A stretch of 64,000 nt of DNA, taken from the NCBI RefSeq assembly GCF_006345805.1, contig NC_042998.1, positions 22,692,001-22,756,000 of the forward strand, written 5' to 3'. Numbering within the stretch: position 1 is the stretch's first letter; each line of letters opens with the position of its first letter. Below, one piece after another: positions 38,811-52,689 of the stretch. Below the pieces are notes generated by a model that saw only the letters and a program-made list of their open reading frames with translations, had not been told where the DNA came from and searched no databases. The stretch comes from Octopus sinensis (Eukaryota). A program made the translations under genes and the position numbers.

Positions 38811-38815
<5 letters not shown>
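38650..38815 (+). mobile_element. Penelope-like terminal-repeat fragment ending in (TA)n
   Basis: Carries the U3-A8 hammerhead and abuts a (TA)n array. Family assignment is inferred from the hammerhead. Confidence 0.4.
38659..38696 (+). ncRNA. Minimal type-I hammerhead ribozyme motif (U3-A8 variant core)
   Basis: cag-TTGAAAA-ggtc/tcaaaat/gacc-GAA-ACCGGT-A-ctg. Stem II 4 bp, palindromic ACCGGT stem III, GUA cleavage triplet. Confidence 0.65.
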
Positions 38816-38850
<35 letters not shown>

Positions 38851-40035
38851 ATGATATGATGATATATATACATGTATATGTGTATATGTAACATATATAT
38901 GTATATATGCATTCAAGTGTATATGTTTAAATAAAGGTGTACTCACTGGACAGATAGTGTGTAGAGGAACAATATTCATACTGAATTAATTTCTTCTGCA
39001 TTATACATATATACCCTTTCGAATTATGACTATATATTTTTATCTCATTTTCTTATGTCCGATTCGCACATGTTCTCTATTTTTTAAGATGTTCCTTGTC
39101 ATTCTTCTTGAATGGGAACTATTACGATAAGTTTCACTGCAGTGTATGAGAGTTAAGCTAATGAATCGCCCAACACCTTGAGAAATGGTTGTGGAATTGC
39201 TTACAAATATGTGTAATATTCAGATTTTAAAACTGTGTTTCAATGACCTCAGTAACTATATGACCTTGTCCACTGATTCAGAAAATGCATTTATTGTGTT
39301 GCCGTTCACCAAACTTTAGAATTCAGTTTTACAGCATCGCAATGGAAATTACATATATAACTTTTAAAATTTCAATTCGGTAATGTAAATAATTGGAGAG
39401 AGAAAGAAAGATGCAGTTTTTGTCAATACTGTTGAGTTACTTTGTTCGTTTCTGTTAAAAGTAAGTACAGAGTATTTCGAATAATATTCTTAATATGCTG
39501 CTGTTTAACTCGTTTTGTGTTATTTAAAAAAAAAGAAAAATCTTTTTATCAAGTTGCTTAGAAAACTTTGAAATTTTTGTAAAATTGAAAAAAAAAAAAT
39601 ATATAAGTAGGTTCACAGAATTGTTTCTTCATCATGTTTGATATTTTGAAGATTTACACTGATTAATTTAATTCTGTTTTCAAACTTTTCTAAACAGAAA
39701 AGTATTGCTGGGTGATGATTGGAAGAGACTGAACAATAAATTGATCTCTTAAAAAATATATGAAACAGTGCATATTAATGAGAAGACATTAGGTCAATAA
39801 AATGGATTGTCATTTAAGGCATGATAAAAAAAAATTATGTGTTATCAGTAATTTAGAAGCATTTTTAAAAATGCTTATGAATATGAAATGTTTTTGCATT
39901 TGTACATGCATACATACATACATTAATTCGTGCATGCACACATACATGTTTGAGCAGAATCCTGTGTCTTAGTTAGAGATCAATATTGATGAGACACATT
40001 TGAGGCACTTGAGGTTAATGATATGACATGGTAAA

Positions 40036-40267
40036 AGGCGGTGAGCTGGCAGAATGGTTAGCACGCCGGGCGAAATGCGTAGCCGTATTTCGTCTGCCGG
40101 TACGTTCTGAGTTCAAATTCCGCCGAGATCGACTTTGCCTTTCATCCTTTCGGGGTCGATAAATTAAGTACCAGTTACGCACTGGGATCGATCTAATCAA
40201 CTTAATCCCTTTGTGTGTCCTTGTTTGTCCCCTCTGTGTTTAGCCCCTTGTGGGTAGTAAAGAAATA
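40036..40267 (+). mobile_element. tRNA-derived SINE family B, full length, 14-bp TSD
   Basis: aggcggtgagctggcagaa head, gagttcaaattcc B-box, ttcatcctttcggggtcgataaattaagtacc core; gatatgacatggta at 40020-33 and 40268-81. Confidence 0.9.
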
Positions 40268-40670
40268 GATATGACATGGTATGATATGACAGACTCTTGG
40301 CTGTTGCCCCCATATATACTCTACCTTGGTAGTATCACTGGCTGCTGAAAAATCTTTTCTTCCACCAAAAATAGAAAAAAAAAATGCTTTGGCTTTATTC
40401 ATCTGTTAGAAATGGTTTAGTAGAATCCTTTGAGTGTCAGGGAAAAAGTCTTGCAATATTTGTTCTGGTCCTTTATGTTCTACCAAGGTCAGTCTTGGCT
40501 TTTATTATTCTGAGGGTAATAAAATTAAGTACCACTCAAGTACTGGGGTTGATGGCATCAACTAAACTGCTCCCCTTAAAATCATTGGCCTTTTACTTAA
40601 ACCAGAAATAATGATTATAGAGCTTTGGACAAAGTCTGGTAATATATGTTGCAGCTCTTCCTCTTTTTCC

Positions 40671-41061
40671 TCTTTTTACTTGTTTCAGTCATTTGACTGC
40701 GGCCATGCTGGAGCACCGCCTTTAGTCGAGCAAATCAAACCCGGGACTTATTCTTTGTAAGCCCAGTACTTATTCTATCGGTCTCTTTTACCGAACTGCT
40801 AAGTGACGGGGACGTAAACACACCAGCATCGGTTGTCAAGCAATGCTAGGGGGACAAACACAGACACACACACATATATGTATATATACATATATACGAC
40901 AATCTTCTTTTAGTTTCCGTCTACCAAATCCACTCACAGGGCATTGGTCAGCCCGGGACTATAGCAGAAGACACTTGCCCAACATGCCACGCAGTGGGAC
41001 TGAACCTGGAACCATGTGGTTGGTTAGCAAGCTACTTACCACACAGCCACTCCTGCGCCTA
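40671..41061 (-). mobile_element. SINE family A, full length
   Basis: Reverse-complement family match. Confidence 0.85.
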
Positions 41062-41615
41062 TAGCCACTCCTGCTCTTTATGTTCTGTGTTCAAATGCTT
41101 TTCTTCCTTCCAAGATTGTACTGGGGTCAATTTAATTGATTCCTGCCTTCCACCAAATTTCTGGTCTTGAGTTTTTATTAAAATAAAGGACAGTGGATTT
41201 GCAAACATTACATCAGAATGAATGCCTTGTGGTAATTGTTCTGGCTTGGTCAATCTTTCCTTTCATTCTCTTGGGGTTGTTTAAATAAAGTACCAATCAA
41301 GTACTGGAGCTGATGCAATTGACTATTTCCCTTCCACCCAAATCACTCTTTTTGTGTTTCAATTAAAACCCATTGTTATTATTGATGATTAAGGCAGTGG
41401 ATTGGCAGAACTATTAGAGCATCAGAAAAAAATGTATTTTATGACATTTATTTCAGCACTTTATGTTTTGAGTTCTAATCCTGTCAAGGTCAGCTCTACG
41501 TTTTAACCCTCTGGGGTCAATAAAATGAAGTTCCAGCTAAGTATTGAGGCTCATGTTACTGACTATGCCCCACCTTTCAAAATTGTTGGCTTTGTCACTA
41601 CATTAGAATAATTGT

Positions 41616-41823
41616 TACTCTTTTTACTTGTTTCAGTCATTTGACTGCAGCCATGCTGGAGCACTGCCTTTAGTTGAGTAAATTGACCCCAGGACTTATT
41701 CTTTGTAAGCCTAGTACTTATTCTATCGGTCTCTTTTGCCGAATCACTAAGTTATGGGGACGTAAATACACCAGCATCGGTTGTCAAGCGATGTTGGGGG
41801 GAGACAAACACAGACTCACAAAT

Positions 41824-41855
<32 letters not shown>

Positions 41856-42028
41856 GCATATATACGACGGGCTTCATTCAGTTTCTGTCTACCAAATCCA
41901 CTCACAAGGCTTTGGTCGGCCCAAGGCTATAGTAGAAGACACTTGCCCAAGGTGCCACGCAGTGGGATTGAACCCGGAACCATGTGGTTGGTAAGCAAGG
42001 TACTTACCACAAAGCCACTCCTGTGCCT
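41616..42028 (-). mobile_element. SINE family A, full length
   Basis: Reverse-complement family match. Confidence 0.85.
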
Positions 42029-42947
42029 CCTGTTATTGATGATGACAACAGATAGTAGAAATGGTGAATGTTTTTACTTGTTAGTTACATTCCATTAAAC
42101 TTTGAGTTTGAATCCTGCAGGATTCTTACTCAAAGTTCTTCTTCCTGTGGTTGATAAAACAAAGTATCAATGAAGTATAGAGCTCAAGTGAGATGACTAC
42201 ACATCCTCATTCACTGAGAAAAATTTTTTTTAAAAAAAATGATGTAAAGATCATGTAGCCAAGTGCCCAAAGTCAGAAATCTTTATTACTTTGGTAATAC
42301 TGTTGAGTTATGTGCTATTAACTGATGGTGAATTCTCTGGAAACACAGTCTGTATAATCATTCTGTCATTCATTTTCCTTCTTTTTCAGTTCATGTTTAC
42401 ACTTGTGTGTGTGTGTGTGTGTAATTGTGTGTGTGTGTATCTATTTTCATTGTATTCTCCATATGTGCAATATTTGTTCTATGCCCTGATAACGGTATTT
42501 TTCGCATGTTGAGTATATTTACAATTTTCTGAAATATTAGCTACATTTTACCTATCTTTGTCTCTTTTTGTTATTCTTGGCCCACCTGTTATTATCAAGA
42601 TTGTTTCTGTTTCCAGTCTTCATATTCTGGATATCTTCATATTTGGATTATTCTTCTCTGGGGCTAGATTCATATCGGTAGGGATTGATAATCGATCAAA
42701 AGAGAAAAGATGGTCTTTGTTAATAATAACCTGGTGATCTGCCTCTTTCTTTGTTAGAATCAACATACTCTTCAATATTTATATATTGTCACATCATGAG
42801 AGATTATTATTTTTATACAATATTATTATTATAATGTTTATAAAATCCTATCTGAATTTCCATTGAATGCAACTATTAACTTTTATATATATATATTGTT
42901 TTTATTAATATTCGGTATTCTTGGCCTTGTGCTGAAATTAAAAAGAA

Positions 42948-44900
42948 TTATTATTATTATTATTGCATTACTGAACACAGCTCTTTGTGTTTTGTGTAAG
43001 GGCAGTGTTTTGTTTAGGTTTTGTTGTTTCTGTTGCATTGAAAGTTCTCTACTTAATATATATGTAGTATCTAATTGTGCTATATTTTTTCCCCCTATTT
43101 TGTGCATATTTGCAAGTCCCTGTTACTATTATGTTTAACACTTTCATGTAAGTTTCTACTATACCACCAGGTGCACTCTGTGTTCTTGAGGTGCATGTGG
43201 CATTGTGTTTTTAAATCCATGGAAATTCAGCCAATAGCTATGGGCTTGGTTTGTAGACTCTGGTACTATTTTGGTACTTATTACTCTTTTTACTTGTTTC
43301 AGTCATTTGACTGCGGCCATGCTGGAGCACTGCCTTTAGTCGAGCAAATCGACCCCAAGACTTATTCTTTGTAATTCTAGTACTTATTCTATCAGTCTCT
43401 TTTGCCGAACCGCTAAGTTACGGGGACGTAAACACACCAGCATCGGTTGTCAAGTGATGTTGGGGGGACAAACAGACACACAAACACACACACATATATA
43501 TATACATGTATGCGACGGGCTTCTTTCAGTTTCCGACTACCAAATCCACTCACAAGGCTTTGGTCGGCCCGAGGCTATAGTAGAAGACAGTTGCTCAAGG
43601 TACCTCGCAGTGGGACTGAACCCGGAACCATGTGGTTGGTAAGCAAGCTACTTACCACACAGCCACTCCTGCGCCTAGTATAATCTTTTACTATTTTATT
43701 TGTTGTGGTTGTTTGTGGTTAGACATTGGTCCTGAGCTGCTAATATCAGACCTGTTTCTAGTTTTAGCTCTGAGCTTTGAGCTATTGTTAGCCTCCATTC
43801 TGTCATATTTCTCTATCAAGTCTTGTGGATGTTAGCCATGGCATGATTTCCTTTTCTTCTTTAATTTTTTTCTTCAATATATTTTGGAAATCTATTTCAA
43901 TTTTGAAATTTTTTAAAACCTTTTTTTCTTTAGTCTGTCCATGCCTAAATCTGTTATTTCAGTATAATTGATTTTCAGTTTGTACTTCTCGTGGTGTTTC
44001 CTTACATACAGGAAAGAAGTTTTTTTTTCTCTTTTTATGTTTCCTTATTACTCTTAAAAGCTTCCCTTTACTTGCTTCTAAATATTTTTCCATCCTACCA
44101 TTGTTATTTTTTTAGCTATTTCATTTCGCTTCCCTGGCTTTTGTATGATTTAGGTATATTCTATCTATATCAGGTTTGAGAGAGAGTGACTTTGGTAATA
44201 CCATCAGTCATTTCCTAGGTTTTCTGTCTAAGCTATTCAATTCAATTCACTTTCAGTTTTTTAAATTTTTTTTATGATGATTGAGATTATAACTTATAAC
44301 TGGAATGACAAGCATATTTATACCTACTATCTTATTTCTAGCATTGAATTCAGTTTTAAATAATTAGCCTGACACTTTTATAATAGTCTTGCTTTATGTA
44401 TTTATTGGAATTTTATTGGCTTCACCTATTCCTTCGTATTTCTCTGCTTGATTCTTGTCTAATTCTCTGATTTTGGTGTCTATATCTTATTTAATTTTCC
44501 TGGTTCTAATTAATTTGCCTCTTAAACTATCTTTGGCACATTTATCTAATCCCACACTCATTTTTATGTCATGACTTAATTTATACAGTGTTAGCAGGCT
44601 TTCCAGCTTAGTATTATCTCTTGTAAATATCTTCAAATTATCCATACAGAGAAGGCTCATAGTTTGTCTGTAGCACCTGTTCTCTATGGCTGTTTAGTTC
44701 AGCATGTTTGTAAATGGGTCCATGCTATACAAAAGAGTAAGGAATATTAAATCATCTTAGAAGATGGATTATAGGGTTATTAAGCAGTTCTGTGATTAAA
44801 GGATTTCCTGGTATGATAATCTCAAACTTTATTCATACTCAGTCATAACATATCTAGAACAACATTCAATGTATCCAATTTTTTTTATCTTTTATATATT
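42948..44900 (-). mobile_element. Degraded R4/Dong-clade LINE (RT domain to 3' end), (TAA)n tail, interrupted by a SINE
   Basis: Minus strand: LLCMDNLKIF..LESLL..HDIKMSVGLDKCAK (YMDD region), ELKLETGLILAAQDQCLTTN, IAQLDTTYIL end motif. Tail (TTA)n at 42948-42964. SINE at 43282-43677 is nested inside. Confidence 0.7.
43282..43677 (-). mobile_element. SINE family A nested in the R4-type LINE
   Basis: Reverse-complement family match; R4 motifs on both sides. Confidence 0.85.
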
Positions 44901-46200
44901 TCTAAGGTAGTGTGTGTGATTCATAGGAGATGTGCTTGCTATTCTTAGGTGGGCAAGCAATTACATCAAGCCTCCGTTGTTGGCTCATTCTTATTGTTGT
45001 TTTACCTGTTGATATATTTGATTTTTGTTAAGACTTCACATTCAGAAACTTTATAATCAATGAATTATTTATGATCTTTTTATGACATTTTTCCAGTAAT
45101 TTTTGGTGGGCTAACCTCTTGGCAAATCATATGAGCATTGATCAAAATACCTTGAAATATTTGTTCTGGCTCCTTGTGTTTCAAATTCAAATCCTGCAAA
45201 GGCTCAAATTTTCCTTTCACCCTTCCAGGGTCATGAAATAAAGTACTTGTCAATCAATCAACTTCTTTTCTGATTTCGGCTGAGCTTTCCTTTCTTTTAT
45301 TCATTCTCTTTATTGAAATAACCGTTTCTGTCCACCTTCTATGATTAAAAAATAATACTGTGTCATAAGTGCAAACCGGTCCTTCTTGAGTGTGGTGGTA
45401 CCAGTTGGTGTTTTGCGTACCTTATATCCTTCACCGAGCTGTTTTCTCCAAGGACCAATGCAGTATTTCCATACATCTATAGATGCTTGTTTCAGTCATG
45501 CTGGAGCACTGCTTCGAAAGAATTTAGTCAAACAAAACGATCGCAGTGCTTGAGATTGTAGTACTTACTAAATCCCTTCCCCCGATATGACTACATTAGA
45601 ACCTATATTTGTCCAAGTATCTAATGTTCTGAGTTTCCAGGCAAACTTGTGTGTATCTTGCTGACAAGAAAATGTTGTAAAAAATATTAGAAGAAAGGTG
45701 ATCAACAAGTAAGAACCAAATATGGAATCACCTTTATGTTTCCCTGTGAAAATTGCATGTCGAGGGAATGTGGAAGGAGTCACCTGTGATTATTTGTTAA
45801 CATGGTGATATAGAAAGTTTGTTGCAATGCTGTTAGAAGGCCTCCAGTCTGAAGTTTTAAACCTAAGCTTTAGAGAAAGAGTAATGTGGATCTTTTTGAC
45901 AGTGCACAGTTTTTCCAGTAATACGTTTGTGTAATCTTGTTAAGTGTGTTTTTTTATCTTTCCAGTTCTCCGTTAATTCTGCATTTCTTTTAAAGTTTCA
46001 TTTCATTCTTATCTTATTCAGCCTCTTAAATGCATCTGCCAGTCTCCTTGGAAACAGATAATTATTTAACTTTTCCTAACTTTTTAAAATTTTGGTTTGG
46101 TTTCGAGGCAGGGAGGGGGGTGATGGTGACTGTACTTCTTAAACCAATAAAATGTTCCCCTTAAACAATTGTAAGTTGATAGCTGCAGGAAATGCATGGA

Positions 46201-46580
46201 CATTTCATTTCATTTCATTTGAGTTTGAGTCCATGCTCAGGCCAAGTCGAAGACTCCACCCTCAGAGTCTGGTGTGGTTGCCAGGTTGTATTCTCTGTTT
46301 AATTTTGACCTGTGTAGGAGCGAGTTTGAGTCAGTTTGTGCTCGTTGTGTATATCCTGGGAAATGGGGTTCATCTCTAATGGTGCTTAAGTATCTATCCA
46401 GCTGCAATTTGAATGATTCCACACTGCATCCTGATAGATTTCTGACATGCACCGGAATGGAGTTGAATAGTTGTGCTCCTCGAACCAACAGACTTGACTC
46501 TCGCAGGGTTTTTGCTGCCTGGCCAGCCTTTTTGTTGATTGGTGGTAGCTGGCAGCGTCTTCCGTGACGCAGTGAGTGGT
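46201..46580 (-). mobile_element. CR1/L2-like LINE ORF2 3' end with (GAAAT)n tail
   Basis: RHGRRCQLPPINKKAGQAAKTLRESSLLVRGAQLFNSIPVHVRN..FKLQLDRYLSTIRDEP..GY..RA..SNSL; tail at 46201-46220. Confidence 0.75.
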
Positions 46581-46684
46581 AGGTTTTGATACCAAAGGAC
46601 AGGAAGTAAATTTCATGATAATGACATTGGGAAAGAAGAAAGGGTTAAATGTTTTGTACAAAACCTGGGGAAATGAATACTATG

Positions 46685-47520
46685 TTCCATGTTGGCATGG
46701 GTTGGCCAGTTTGATAGTATCTGATGTGTCCAAGGGCTTCAGTGTGCTCTACTGTTTGCTTTGGTATGGTTTCTGTGGCTAATGCCAACCACTTAAAAGC
46801 ATTTACTGGGTGCAATTTTGTGCCACCAGCATTAGTAAGGTCACTATGAAGATTGCAAGAGCGTGGCCCTCAAGGGGGTGGCTTTACACCAGGAGATAAC
46901 GGGTTAAAGTATGAGAGATGAGGCCTGAGTAGAACAGGTTTCTTACTTTGGTGGGGATACATGGCTACTCACATTTTAGAAGAGACGGTGAGGATGATTA
47001 AAGTGGAGAGGGAGGAGATAAAAAAAATAGTGGTGATGAGGTGTCCAGGTGGGCCCTCAAGGTACTAGGTGAGTAGAAGTGAGTGGGGACAGATGAATCA
47101 AAAGTTTAGGAGTGTGGAGGTTGCAAAAGAGTATGGGGAGTGAGAAATAGGGATTGGATGAGAGGAAACCATGCCAGCATGGACAACAGACGTTAAATGG
47201 TGATGATGAAGTTGATGAGAGTTGTAAAGATTTGGTAGGGTTGAATGGTGAATAGGGGACGGGTGATGATCAATGATGCATGAGTTTAGGGAAGTAAAGG
47301 GAATAAGAGATGACTGACAGCACAGGAAAATTTGGATGGAGCTGCAGAATAATAATGATAAAAGAAGAAAATTATGAGAAAGAGGTGACATGTGGTTGCA
47401 TAGATTGCAGGAATGTTGTGTGGGGAGAGAGAGGCATGCATAATGCATGAAGGGAGTGAAAAATGTATGGGGTGGAAGAGGAGAGATAATTTGGTTGCAC
47501 AGTTGAGGTGGGGTAGCACA
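46685..47520 (-). mobile_element. RTE 3' UTR and tail fragments
   Basis: Family tail at 46685-46850 and purine-rich (+) UTR to about 47520, with a small nested tail near 47165-47215. Confidence 0.55.
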
Positions 47521-48844
47521 AATGACTACTTACATTAAACAAAAAAACAATTTTTCTGCCAAGCTATGTTTTGTCAATATTTGAACCACAAATAAAGAAA
47601 CTATAAGCATTTGAGTAAATAAATCCACTTTAGGATATTTTCTGCTAATTCATTAAAAGACTGAGTTTTAGCTGAGGAAAAAACTGGAAGGACACATGGA
47701 GTAAAATAGTGCTAGATACATCATGTCTATAAAAACAAAAAACAAAAAAATATATAAGGAAAAACAAAGAAACTGCAGGAATATGTTTCAATGCCATTTG
47801 AACAACAGCTTGACTGATTATCTGTTTGCTATTTATCTTCTCAATCAGAACAGCCTAAACATCAATCAGATTAACCATACAATTTCAGGGATCTTAAAAT
47901 TTCGCATGGCCATAGATTTTGCTTTGTGGAAGTGTGTATTAAAAATAACAAATGAAATCCATCACTGAATGTCAAGTTATAAATCGCACATACAGTTGAG
48001 GTAACTGGCATTTAATACAGTTATGATAAATCTTAATACCTGCAAAATTACTGATTTTTTTAAATGAACATCTCTTTTTGATATTTTTAAATCAATTTTC
48101 TTATTAAAAATAACTCCTAGTAGATCTCTTTGCATTTAGTTGTGAGTGTGTGTGGGTGTGTGTGTGTATGTGCCAATATATATGTATACATACACATACA
48201 TATATACATATAGATGTATACATAAAATACACGTACATATACACATATGGATATGCATATATAAATGCGTGTGTGTGTGTGTGTGTATGTATATAACATA
48301 AATCTACGTATGCTACATGCATACACGCCCACACAGACATGTGCATGCACATGTATAAGCTTAAACGTGTGCATGAAACACACAGAGACTGTTCCACTTC
48401 ACACTAAAACTGCTTGCTAAAATGCATTTTCTGTTTTTTATATAATGGTTCTTATCTTAAGACATTTCTGCATACCGTTCTTGAGTTCCTGTTAATAGGA
48501 ATTATTTCTAATCGACAGCCATTTACTTTCCTTGGTTTTTCTTTTTCTTTTGCCATCCAAGTAAAGAAAACTGATTGTTAGAAATTAGAAGTTGTTGAGA
48601 ACATCTCTCGCATTCTCATTGAATATTTCAACAATCTTGTTTTAGGTTAGTTTTAGTTTTTTTTTCCTTCTCTTTGTGTTTTATTTTATTCCTAGCCACC
48701 CAACCTACCCTTCACCCCACCCACATGCACAACAGCTATTGAGAAACAGATTTGGCAAGTATATAATCTGTGGCTATCATTTGCTTTGATAATGTTTTAA
48801 AAATCTTTTTTACATTTACCTTCAGGTATATATGCTATAATATC

Positions 48845-48879
48845 CATAATAATAATAATAATAATAATAATAATTATCA

Positions 48880-48923
<44 letters not shown>

Positions 48924-48942
48924 GTTGTTGTTGTTGTTGTTA
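48845..48942. repeat. (TAA)n/(TTA)n/(TTG)n trinucleotide array
   Basis: Direct reading. Confidence 0.9.
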
Positions 48943-49325
48943 TATAACGAAGACAGGCAACTAAACAGTTAAGTCTGTGTACAAAGCTGATATAAATTGG
49001 ATATACCTTTTTAGCCCTCAAGGGGAATAGCAAACGATGATGGATTAGTCACAATAGATTTACAAATGTTTGCACAAGATTACAAAGGCATCCAAAAAGA
49101 ATTTGTGAAAGTATGGTTTATGTTCCAAGTCAGACAGATGCAGAAGATATATATATATATGCAGCACTGATATGGTTGTGTAGTGATGAAAGACGTTTGC
49201 TTTTGCAGTCACATGGTATTAAGTTCAGCCCCCAACAGAATGCATCTAGGTCAAGTGTCTTCTGTAATACCCTCATGCTAACCAATGCCTTGTAAGTAAA
49301 TTTGGTTGATGAAAACCATCAAAAG

Positions 49326-49360
<35 letters not shown>

Positions 49361-49648
49361 ATGTGTGCAAATAAGAGAGAGAGAGAGAGAGAGAGAATGG
49401 TTTTCATCAACAGAGTTCAGATATAGATGTGTACATCATTTGAAATAGATTTGTGTACACACATATGTGGAATGACACTCACTATGTAATCTAAACTCAG
49501 CAAGCAATTTCTCCATAGAAATTTTGTCTGTTACAGGCACAAATTGTTGTGATGACTGCAGTGGACTGATAAACACTGGTGTTTCGGCAAAATTTCTCTA
49601 CTTCAGTGATAGACACTATATCAGTCAACACAATCATTTGGAGCTTCT

Positions 49649-50066
49649 GCGTAGGAGTGGCTGTGTGGTAAGTAACTTGCTTACGAATAACATGGTTCTG
49701 GGTTCAGTCCCACTGCGTGGTACCTTGGGCAAGTGTCTTCTACTATAGCCTTGGGCCGACCAAAGCCTTGTGAGTGGATTTGGTTGACGGAAACTGAAAG
49801 AAGCCCGTCGTATATATGTATGTACATGTATATATATGTGTATGTGTATATGTTTGTGTGTCTGTGTTTGTCCCCCCCAACATTGCTTGACAACCGATGC
49901 TGGTGTGTTTACATGCCCGTAACTTAGTGGATCGGCAAAAGAGACCGATAGAATAAGTACTAGGCTTACAAAGAATAAGTCCTGGCATCGATTTGCTCAA
50001 CTAAAAGGCGGTGCCCCAGCATGGCCACAGTCAAATGACTGAAACAAGTAAACAAGTAAAAGAGTA
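49649..50066 (+). mobile_element. SINE family A, full length
   Basis: Family head, core and tail. Confidence 0.85.
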
Positions 50067-50944
50067 ATCAAAACATTTCTGGATGTATCTGGATGCTTGC
50101 CAGGCCTATGTTTTGTCAGTATGCCTTCTTGAAACAGCAAGGAATTAAAAAAACGATAGCATAGAATCTCTAGGAAGTTGTTCTCTGAGACTGTATTCCC
50201 CACTGAATGCCATTCTATGCTTGTGTGAAGCCTATAGCCTTTTTTTAAATCTGCAGTGTCTTTATTATCAATTTCTCCAAAGATGAGATGTTTTCGTTTT
50301 TCTTTTACTTGAGTTTCAGAAGCCCCCCCCCCCAAAAAAAATTAAAAACATGGCACTTTGCAAGAATCTGTTGAGAATCAATATGCCTGATTGGCTAAAA
50401 TTACAAAAAAATATCAATATTTAAAGGTTATTAACTTTTGTATTATAAATTTCTCTAAAATGTGGGTTTTTTTCTAATTGGCATGCAAAACTATATCTGC
50501 GCACAAACCTCTTCTAAAGTTGGACACTAGGCATCAAATGCCAAAGCTCCATACATACTCTGTGTGTGTGTGTGTATGTGTGTTGTTCCATTCTAAGGTC
50601 AACAAAAAAAGTGCCACATCCAGAGTCTTTTCTGTTCTATTATTCAGCACCAGCTTCGTTAATTATGGTTTCTACTGTCAAAGAAGACAAAAAACTTGGT
50701 TTTCTTACTCTTCTTTCCTTTCTTCTCATTCCTCTTTTTCCATCAACCTTCTTTGTGTTTTTTCTTCTCATTTTTTTTTTCTCAAAGACCAGCATCCTGG
50801 TTTTTTTAAAATACATCTAACAATATAAAAATGAGCCTGAAAGATTACTTGGCGTTACATGTAATGTTATATATATCTGTTAATTTAATGTATCTTCAAG
50901 CATGAAACTATAAGTTGTTCTTTTATAATTGTGTATTCTAAATG

Positions 50945-51265
50945 CTATATTTATCTCCAGCCATGTACTTCCTCTACCATAAGACACCTGTTTCTGTCTC
51001 TCTGTCTCACTATAACCTTTCATCATCTACCACACGATCACCTCCTCCAATACCCCTTCCCCTCCCAAAGGTCCTTTGTCTTGCAAGTTACTTGGTGACC
51101 CTGCCAATGCTGGTGCCATGTAAAAAGCATCCAGTCCACACTGTAAAGTGGTTGGTGTTCAGAAGGGCACCCTGTTGCAGAAACCATGCCTAAACTGACC
51201 TTGCTTGTGCTGGTACCACGTAAAAAGCATTAAGTCCATTCTGCTGGGTGGTTGGTTTTAGGAAG
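50945..51265 (+). mobile_element. RTE 3' UTR/tail fragment
   Basis: Pyrimidine-rich UTR followed by gccatgtaaaaagcatcc..gtggttggtgttcagaaggg. Confidence 0.6.
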
Positions 51266-51534
51266 TGCAATATGTATGAAAAGCTAGTGAATGTACAAAT
51301 TCACAATTAGTTTTGTAAACACAGTTAGCCATTAGCTAAATTCTCTGAAAAATCTAAGTTTGTACAATGGTCTTAATAAAAGTTAATAACACTAACACTA
51401 GTTTCGTCCAAATGTCTCATGCACAAAATAAGAGAACAATTGGATTCCTTCAGAAATTTCTGGAAATTTCAAACATTATTTACATTTGCAGGCTCAACGT
51501 TACTACCGTCTCAGTATTGTGCTAGCTTCTGAAC

Positions 51535-51770
51535 ATGACACACCATGCTAAAGTTACTCCTGACCTCCGAAAAGAAATTGTCAGGATGAAAGTTTCAGGA
51601 ATGACTCTTTTGGCTATTTTGAGATATAAGGAGATCTAAGAGTGTAGTTTCATACGTTCTTAAGCTCTATGAAGAAATTAAAGGTTTCATTGCTGGGGGA
51701 ACAGGTCTTTAATCCAAACTCCTTCAGATGATGAGACACTGTAAAGCATCTCACTTTCATACCATTACTT
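51535..51770 (+). mobile_element. Tc1-like transposase N-terminal HTH relic
   Basis: HAKVTPDLRKEIVRMKVSGMTLLAI/RRSKSVVSYVLKLYEE with one frameshift. Confidence 0.45.
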
Positions 51771-51904
51771 ACTTTTATTTTCTTAAAAATTCCTGCTGCA
51801 GTCTCAATAAGATCCTTCAATATGTACCGTTTCATGGCTCAATCATCTTGCATGGTGGTTTTGCATGGTCTACCAGTTGCCTTTTGATATTTATGAATAT
51901 ATAT

Positions 51905-52157
51905 GCTGGTGGCACGTAAAAAGCACCATCCGATTCGTGGCCGTTTGCCATCCTCATCTGGCACCTGTGCCGGTGGCATGTAAAAAGTACCCACTACACT
52001 CACGGTGTGGTTGGCGTTAGGAAGGGCATCCAGCTGTAGAAACACTGCCAGATCAGACTTGAGCCTGGCGCAGCCTTCTGGCTTCCCAGACCCCAGTTGA
52101 ACCGTCCAATCCATGCTAGCATGGAAAGCGGACGTTAAACGATGATGATGATGATTT
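51905..52157 (+). mobile_element. RTE 3'-tail element, young
   Basis: Close match to 28440-28630; ends ggacgttaaacgatgatgatg. Confidence 0.85.
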
Positions 52158-52689
52158 GTACATTTACAGATATATATATATAAGTATATACACACGCTAT
52201 ACATAGATATATACGCAGTTACATACATATGAGTCATCACCATCATCATCATCATCGTCATCATCATATTTTCGGACCACTTTTTCATGCTGGCATGGCT
52301 GGAAAGGTTGTCATGAGCTGATTTCTTATTTTGAGATATTCTCCACTTAGCTCAATCAGAGCATTCTCTGGGCTATAGTAGAAGATACCCAAAGTATTAA
52401 GCTGTGGGATTAGACCCATTGTTAGATATACATATATTATATACATACTCCTATTGTAGGGCTCCAAACAATCAACATGGTGAAACACATGTAGGAACTT
52501 GTGTTTATCCTTATTTCTTCTAATATATGTACAGAGTGTTTGGGCTAAATGTGACAGTTTGTGTAAAAGGAAAACAAAACACAACTAAAGATAAAAGTAT
52601 TTTTAAAAATCCAAAAATATCAACTAGATTATAGCTGGGATATAATAGTTTACTCAAAGTAAGTAGCCATCCTCAGCTTCTACCACAGA

